Both the position numbers and the translations under genes were made by a program. 64,000 nt of DNA, taken from assembly GCA_963825325.1 (NCBI GenBank), contig CAWGSU010000006.1, positions 231,978 through 295,977 on the forward strand, given 5' to 3'. Under the pieces are notes generated by a model. It made no database searches. It had not been told where the DNA came from and worked only from the letters and a program-made list of their open reading frames with translations. This document shows positions 56,787-64,000 of the stretch, in pieces (position 1 is the stretch's first letter; each line of letters begins with the position of its first letter). This DNA is from an uncultured Actinomycetes bacterium. Its GTDB lineage: Bacteria; Actinomycetota; Thermoleophilia; Gaiellales; JAICJC01.

Positions 56787-57498
56787 AGGCAAGACGGTGC
56801 TCGTCACCGGCGGCGGAACCGGCATCGGCGCGGCGATCGTGCGCCGCTTCGCCGCCGAGGGCGCGACCGTGTGGGCGATGGGGCGCCGCCGCGAGCAGCT
56901 CGAACGTGTGTGCGACCACGTGATCGCGGGCGATGTCGGCGCCGCCGGGGATCGCGAGCGCGCGCTCGCAGCCACCGGCCCGCTCGACGTGCTCGTGAAC
57001 AACGCCGGCCTCGGCGACGCGGGCTGGGACGACACGATGGCCGTCAACGTCACGGCCGCACACGCCCTCTCGGCGCTCGCCGCCGACGGGCTCGCCGCGC
57101 GCCGCGGCGCGATCGTGAACGTGGCGTCGGTCGCCGCACTCGTCGCCGGCCCGGGCGAGCCGCAGTACGCGGTGTCGAAGGCGGCGCTGGTCATGCTGAC
57201 GAAGTCGCTCGCGGTCACGCTCGGGCCGCGCGGCGTGCGCGCGAACGCGATCTGTCCCGGCTGGGTGCGAACGCCGATGGCCGACGCCGAGATGGCGGCG
57301 CTCGGATCGGACACCGACGCGGCCTACGCCCGCGTCACCCGCCACGTCCCGCTCGGCCGCCCGGCCGAGCCCGACGAGGTGGCCGCGGCGGCGCTCTTCC
57401 TGGCGTCGGCCGACGCGGCGTACGTCTCCGGCGCGGTGCTCACCGTCGACGGCGGCATGATGGCGGTCGACGTGGGCACCATCGCCTTCGCTGAATAA
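56776..57498 (+). CDS. short-chain dehydrogenase/reductase
   Basis: TGGGTGIG, NNAG, YAVSK, PG.V.T. Confidence 0.93.
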   Translation: MRLEGKTVLVTGGGTGIGAAIVRRFAAEGATVWAMGRRREQLERVCDHVIAGDVGAAGDRERALAATGPLDVLVNNAGLGDAGWDDTMAVNVTAAHALSALAADGLAARRGAIVNVASVAALVAGPGEPQYAVSKAALVMLTKSLAVTLGPRGVRANAICPGWVRTPMADAEMAALGSDTDAAYARVTRHVPLGRPAEPDEVAAAALFLASADAAYVSGAVLTVDGGMMAVDVGTIAFAE

Positions 57499-57519
57499 CC
57501 GCTGCCCGGCACCGGGTGT

Positions 57520-58032
57520 TCAGGCGGGCGGCGCGATGTGGCGCAGCTCGTGGAACGCCGCGCGCACCCTCGCAGCGAACCCGCGCCGGAGGTGGCTGTA
57601 CTCGACCCACAGCCGGCCGCTCGACTCCGACCCCGCGATGTCGCCGGGTGGAAACTCCGCGTTCAGGCGCTGGACGGCGCGATCCGCCTGACGGCCGAGC
57701 AGGGCGATCAGCATGTGCGCGCCCCCGGCGGCGCGCCACATCGCCACCGTGTCGCGCCGGATCGGCGCAAACCGTGGCCGCAGGACGGCGGCATCGTCGC
57801 GGGCCAGACGGACGTTGTGATCGGCGAACGCACGCTCGACCTGGACGGCCGTGGGCGCCGAGCCGACCATCAGCGGAAGCACGTTCGGGGACGTCAGGGT
57901 CGCGCCGGCGGAGATCGAGTGCGACCGCGTCGCCCACGTCGCGGCCGCCGCTGCCAGCAGCACCGCGGCGACGAGCACGGTCACCGTCGTTGCGGGGCGC
58001 CAGGTATTGGGATGACGGCCGGCCGACAGCAT
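57520..58032 (-). CDS. hypothetical exported/anchored protein
   Basis: Hydrophobic VTVLVAAVLLAAAAATWA near the N-terminus; follows the gcv-linked genes. Confidence 0.55.
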   Translation of the reverse strand: MLSAGRHPNTWRPATTVTVLVAAVLLAAAAATWATRSHSISAGATLTSPNVLPLMVGSAPTAVQVERAFADHNVRLARDDAAVLRPRFAPIRRDTVAMWRAAGGAHMLIALLGRQADRAVQRLNAEFPPGDIAGSESSGRLWVEYSHLRRGFAARVRAAFHELRHIAPPA

Positions 58033-58052
58033 GTGTGACGGATGATACTCAG

Positions 58053-58451
58053 TCAGTCGTCGGCGCCGCGGATGACGCGGAAGCTGGGCCGGTCGGGAAG
58101 CTCGTGAAACTCGGGGTTGATACACCCCATCGGATCCTCGCGGTTCTCGTAGGCGCGCTCGACGTCGGCCGGGCAGATCGGCAGCGGCTCGCGCACGGCC
58201 CGCACCGAGCCGAACCCATTGCGGCGGCGGCGTGCGCGCTCGAGCACCTCGAGGTCGATGTCGGCGGCGAAGATCTCCTGCGTGCAGCCGACGTACGTGC
58301 GCCCGAAGGCGTCGTAGGCGTACAGGAACGGACACTGCTGGTCGAGACAGCGGGACGGGTGCACCACCTTCTGGCACACCACTCCGCAGCGCCGGCACTC
58401 CACCTCGGACGAGCGCGGAGCAACGGGCAGCGGCTGGCGGATACGGCCCAT
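58053..58451 (-). CDS. cysteine-rich hypothetical protein (8 Cys)
   Basis: CRRCGVVC plus five more Cys; starts 2 nt after the HAD stop. Confidence 0.75.
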   Translation of the reverse strand: MGRIRQPLPVAPRSSEVECRRCGVVCQKVVHPSRCLDQQCPFLYAYDAFGRTYVGCTQEIFAADIDLEVLERARRRRNGFGSVRAVREPLPICPADVERAYENREDPMGCINPEFHELPDRPSFRVIRGADD

Positions 58452-58453
58452 CG

Positions 58454-59182
58454 TCAGATCTTACCGGGCGATCCGGATCGGACAAGACCTGCGACGATTT
58501 CCAGCACGTGCAGGGGTTCTGTGCAGATCGGCACAGACCTCCCGATGTCGCCGGGATCGTGCCGGTACCAGGCCGCCAGGCACGCCGCCATGCCCGCCGC
58601 GAGCGGGCCGGCGACGTCGTCCGAGACGCGGTCGCCGACGAACAGCACCTCGTCAGGCGCGACGCCGAGCGCCCCGCAGACCGCGGCGTAGACCGCCGGG
58701 TGCGGCTTGCGCACGCCGAGCTCGCACGAGAGCACGATGGCGTCCACGCGCTCGGCGATGCCCTGCGCGCGCAGGTCGGCGCGGAAGAGGCCGGGCGGGT
58801 CGAACGTGTTGGCGACGACGGCGCAGCGGAGGCCCTGCGCATGCACGCCTGCGAGCAGGGCGAGGGCGTCGGGGTGGACGTGCCGCGCGGGCGCCCACGC
58901 CCGGTACTCGGCCTGGATGCCGCGCCGCACGAGCGGGGCGGGCGTATCGACGCCGAGCTCGCCCAGCACCGCGGCGACCGCCGCCGCGTAGTCGAGCTCG
59001 GCCAGGTCGGCCGGGTCGCGATCGGCAACTCGGCCGCGCAGCAGGGCCGCCGCCCGCCCCGTCTGCCCCGCGTCGACGCCCGCGGCCGCGAGCAGCGCCG
59101 CGACGCCACGGCGCCAGAGGCCATCGTCCCAGCGGAACTCGGCCAGCGTGTTGCGGTAGTCGAACGCGACCGCGCGCAGCAC
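58454..59182 (-). CDS. HAD-superfamily hydrolase
   Basis: AFDYRNTL, RKPHP, FVGD...DDV.G. Confidence 0.88.
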   Translation of the reverse strand: MLRAVAFDYRNTLAEFRWDDGLWRRGVAALLAAAGVDAGQTGRAAALLRGRVADRDPADLAELDYAAAVAAVLGELGVDTPAPLVRRGIQAEYRAWAPARHVHPDALALLAGVHAQGLRCAVVANTFDPPGLFRADLRAQGIAERVDAIVLSCELGVRKPHPAVYAAVCGALGVAPDEVLFVGDRVSDDVAGPLAAGMAACLAAWYRHDPGDIGRSVPICTEPLHVLEIVAGLVRSGSPGKI

Positions 59183-59192
59183 CGCGCGCCGG

Positions 59193-60637
59193 CTACCCGG
59201 AGGTCGGGTGCTCGTCGAAGCCGTAGCGCACCAGCAGGCGCTTGGCGGCCTCGGCCTCGTCCAGCCGCGAGACCGGCCGCGTGTGCGGCGCGTCCTTGAG
59301 CATCTGCGGGTCGTCGGCCGCCTCGCGGGCGATGGCGAGCATCGCGTCGCAGAACGCGTCGAGCGTCTCGCGCGTCTCGGTCTCGGTCGGCTCGATCATC
59401 AGTGCCTCCGGCACGATCAGCGGGAAGTAGATCGTCGGCGGGTGGTAGCCGTGATCCATCAGCCGCTTGGCGACGTCCAGGGCGGTGACGCCGTGCTCGC
59501 GCTTGAGCGACCGCGCCGAGACGACGAACTCGTGCATGCAGTGGCGGTCGACCGGCACGTCGTAGGCCTCGCGCAGCCGGGCGAGCACGTAGTTGGCGTT
59601 CAGCACCGCGATCTCGGACATGTCGCGCAGGCCCGGGCCCCACATGCGCATGAACGCGTATGCGCGCACGAAGACGCCGAACGGGCCGCCGAAGCCGCGC
59701 ACCTTGCCGATCGTCTTGGGCCGGTCGTACTCGAGCCGGAAGCGGTCGCCCTCGCGGACGACGACCGGCACCGGCAGGAACTGCTCGAGCTCCTTGCGCA
59801 CGGCCACCGGCCCGCCGCCCGGCCCACCGCCTCCATGCGGCTGCGAGAACGTCTTGTGCAGGTTGTAGTGGACGATGTCGAAGCCCATGTCGCCGGGCCG
59901 CGAGATGCCGCAGACCGCGTTCAGGTTCGCCCCGTCGTAATAGAGCAGCGCGCCGGCCGAGTGGAAGATGTCGGCGATCTCGGTGATCCCCTCCTCGAAC
60001 AGGCCGAGCGTCGAGGGGTTCGTCAGCATGAGGCCCGCGGTGTGCGCGCCCACCTTGCCGCGCAGGTCGTCGAGGTCGACGTTGCCGCGCTCGTCGGTCT
60101 GGACGCGCACGAGCGTGTATCCCGCCATCGCCACGCTGGCAGGGTTGGTTCCGTGGGCGGTGTCGGGGATGACGACCTCGGTGCGATCCTCGCCGCGGTC
60201 GGCGAAGTAGGCCCGCATCAGCGTGAGCCCGGTCAGCTCGCCCTGCGACCCGGCGGCGGGCTGCAGCGTGACCGCGTCGAGCCCGACCACCTCGGCCAGC
60301 ATCTCCTGCAGCCGCCACATGAGCTCGAGCGCGCCCTGGGCGCCGTCGTCCTCCTGATGGGGGTGCAGGTCGGCGAACCCGGGCAGGCCGACCGCGCGCT
60401 CGTTGATGCGCGGGTTGTACTTCATGGTGCACGAGCCCAGCGGGTAGAAGCCGGTGTCGATGCCGAAGGTGCGCGTCGAGAGCTCGGTGTAGTGGCGCAC
60501 GAGCTCTGGTTCGGCCAGCTCGGGCAGCCGCGGCGGCTCGCGCCGGGCCAGCTCAGCCGGCACCTCTGCGGGAGCGACCCCGGGGTCGGCGATCCGCCCC
60601 GCTCGCCGGCCCGGCTGCGACTTCTCGTAGATGAGCT

Positions 60638-60641
<4 letters not shown>
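59193..60641 (-). CDS. gcvPB: glycine dehydrogenase subunit 2
   Basis: [34 protein letters not shown]. Confidence 0.96.
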
Positions 60642-61971
<1,330 letters not shown>

Positions 61972-61975
<4 letters not shown>

Positions 61976-62364
61976 AGCGTCTCGAGCAGCGCTCGGTAGG
62001 CGCCTGCCGCCATCAGCCCGTCGACCTGGCCCGGGTCGCTGAGCTTCACCTTGATCAGCCAGCCGTCGCCGTAGGGGTCGTCGTTGATGGTGCGCTCGTT
62101 CCCGTCGAGCGCCTCGTTCACGGCGACAACCTCGCCCGAGAGCGGCGCCACCAGGGCGGACACTGCCTTGGTTGACTCGAGCTCGCCGTAGTCGGCGTCC
62201 TTGGCCAGCGTGGCGCCGACCTCGGGCGGGCTGTAGAAGACGACCTCGCCGAGCGTGTCCTGCGCGTACCAGGTGATGCCGAACGTGGCCGTGTCGCCGT
62301 CGACGCGCACCCAGTCGTGGGCCTCGTGGTAGCGCAGCTCTTCGGGGTAGCTCTCGTCGCTCAT
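61972..62364 (-). CDS. gcvH: glycine cleavage system H protein
   Basis: HDWV, GIT.YAQ..LG, lipoyl Lys in ESTKAV, INDDPYGDGW. Confidence 0.96.
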
Positions 62365-63428
62365 GATGCGTTCTCCTTGACATACAGGGGCTTCCGTGAA
62401 ACCCGCGCGGCCACCGGCCGGCCGCGGGCGTCGATCTCGAGCTCGGTGCCCTCGGCCGCCAGGCCGGCGGGCACGTACGCCATGCCGATGCCGATCTCGA
62501 GCGACGGCGACATCGTGCCGCTCGTCACCTCGCCGGCCGGCCGCACCGGCATGCCCTGCCGGGGGATGCCGCGGCCCTCGACCCGCAGCGCGACGAGCCG
62601 GTCGTGGTTGCCCGCCTCGCGCTGGGCGCGGAGCGCGTCGGCGCCGATGAAGTCCTTGCGATCGAGCGCGCACACCCAGCCGAGCCCGGCCGCGAGGGCC
62701 GTGTGCGCCTCGTCGAGGTCGTTGCCGTAGAGCGGATAGCAGACCTCGAGCCGCAGCGTGTCGCGCGCCCCGAGTCCGGCCGGGGTCGCCCCCGCCGCCG
62801 TCAGCCCGTCCCACAGCGGCCCGGCCCGCTCGGCCGCCACCAGCAGCTCGACGCCCGGCTCGCCGGTGTAGCCGGTGCGGGCGACGATCGTGCGCACGCC
62901 GCAGACGTCGGCCTCGGCAAACGCGAACGGCTCGAGCGCCGGCAGCTCGACGAGCCCGGGCGCGGCGGGGCCTTGCAGCGCGAGCATCGCGATCCCCTCG
63001 GACAGATCATCGAGCTCGACGCCCTCGGGCAGGTGGCGCAGGAGCCACTCGCGGTCGGCGTCGACGCGCGAGGCGTTCACGACCAGGAGGACGTGGTCAT
63101 CGGCGAACCGGTAGGCGATCAGGTCGTCGATCGGGCATCCACGCTCGTTCAGGAGCAGCGTGTACTGGGCGTGGCCCGCGGGGATGCGGTCGAGGTCGTT
63201 CGAGAGCATCCGCTGGACGAACGGGATCGCGCCGGCGCCGCGGATCTCGAGCTGGCCCATGTGCGAGACGTCGAAGATCCCGGCGTGGGAACGCACCGCG
63301 CGGTGCTCCGGAATGACCCCCTGGTACTGCACCGGCATCTCCCAGCCGGCAAACGGGACCATCCGTGCTCCCGCGGCCACGTGACGGTCGTGGAGCGGCG
63401 TGCGGCGAAGGGCCTCGGACGCGTGCAT
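62361..63428 (-). CDS. gcvT: glycine cleavage system aminomethyltransferase
   Basis: RTPL, FAGWEMPVQY, FDVSHMG, RTGYTGE.G.E, GLGARDTLRLE. Confidence 0.97.
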   Translation of the reverse strand: MHASEALRRTPLHDRHVAAGARMVPFAGWEMPVQYQGVIPEHRAVRSHAGIFDVSHMGQLEIRGAGAIPFVQRMLSNDLDRIPAGHAQYTLLLNERGCPIDDLIAYRFADDHVLLVVNASRVDADREWLLRHLPEGVELDDLSEGIAMLALQGPAAPGLVELPALEPFAFAEADVCGVRTIVARTGYTGEPGVELLVAAERAGPLWDGLTAAGATPAGLGARDTLRLEVCYPLYGNDLDEAHTALAAGLGWVCALDRKDFIGADALRAQREAGNHDRLVALRVEGRGIPRQGMPVRPAGEVTSGTMSPSLEIGIGMAYVPAGLAAEGTELEIDARGRPVAARVSRKPLYVKENAS

Positions 63429-63481
63429 CCGGACGGGCAGTCTACCGATTCGCGCGGCGGCGGGGACGGTCCCCTGGCGGG

Positions 63482-64000
63482 TCAGACGCCGTCGGCCAGC
63501 CCGCCGATGATGGCGCCGATCCCGGCCGCCTTCAGGTTGCCCGATCCGGCGTCTCCCTCGACGAGCGCGGCCGGGTTGTAGAACATCGTCTGGATGCCGA
63601 TCCGGCCGGGGCCGGTGAACCGGTTCCAGGTCAGCTTGCCGCCGCCGCCGAAGAGCCCCGTCTTCAGGCCCAACGTCACCGCCTCCATGCGCACCGACGC
63701 CTCGCGGTAGAGCCAGCTGCCCGCCTCGATGTCGATCTGCTCATTGGCGTCGAGCACCGCCTCGAACACGTCGCCGGCGCCCATGATCCACACCGACGCG
63801 CGACCGTTCGACGCGCTGAACTTGTCGACGAAGAAGCCGGTGCCGCCGAACACCATGCTGCGCACACCCTTCACCCGCTCGAACGTGTAATCCAGGTTCT
63901 CGGTCGCGGCCAGGAAGTGGTGCTCTCGCACGAGCAGCCCCTGGCCGGGCTCGAGGTGGTGGTCGAGGATCTTGCCCGGGGCGTCGTGGCTGAACGCGAT
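63482..64000 (-). CDS. AIM24-family protein (5' part outside window)
   Basis: VREHHFLAAT, FGGTGFFVDKF, FTGPGRIGIQT. Confidence 0.85.
   Translation of the reverse strand: MAFSHDAPGKILDHHLEPGQGLLVREHHFLAATENLDYTFERVKGVRSMVFGGTGFFVDKFSASNGRASVWIMGAGDVFEAVLDANEQIDIEAGSWLYREASVRMEAVTLGLKTGLFGGGGKLTWNRFTGPGRIGIQTMFYNPAALVEGDAGSGNLKAAGIGAIIGGLADGV

Noticed and set aside
63429-63481. Glycine riboswitch upstream of gcvT
   Set aside because: The gap is only 53 nt and lacks the GGAGA/CAGG motifs.

Overview
Very GC-rich chromosomal segment from an actinobacterium, most likely a Thermoleophilia/Gaiellales-type organism (inferred from GC content, frequent leaderless genes, a split gcvPA/gcvPB and a PilZ protein). 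It holds about 60 CDSs, tRNA-Gln(CTG) and tRNA-Glu(CTC). Main blocks: a frameshifted hydrolase-cyclase fusion; hutH/ftcD; flavoenzymes; a PilZ gene; a heterodimeric ABC exporter; an NlpC/P60 hydrolase; a cydAB-ndh-zwf-GH15-GMC-ClC block after tRNA-Gln; a 14-kb CDP-sugar and glycosyltransferase locus; gltX-nfo-arfB; and the gcv operon. The most interesting signals are absent from the ORF track. (1) A c-di-GMP-I riboswitch at ~5659-5739 is followed by a hairpin-rich ~200-nt tract rather than a normal gene. (2) A recurring sigma-28/WhiG-type promoter, T(C/A)(A/C)AG-N15-(G/A)CCGA(T/A), precedes the PilZ gene, the cell-wall hydrolase, tRNA-Gln and all three transcription units of the sugar locus. 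(3) Two small Flp/Tad-type prepilins are present, one divergent from a pathway that appears to make a C4-branched 3,6-dideoxysugar and has no export machinery. Together these suggest, by inference, a c-di-GMP/sigma-28-controlled pilus or flagellum glycosylation system. A candidate sRNA lies behind tRNA-Gln, and a 33-nt palindrome occurs twice, once in frame inside a glycosyltransferase. Several single-base frameshifts may be assembly errors. No database searches or folding programs were run.
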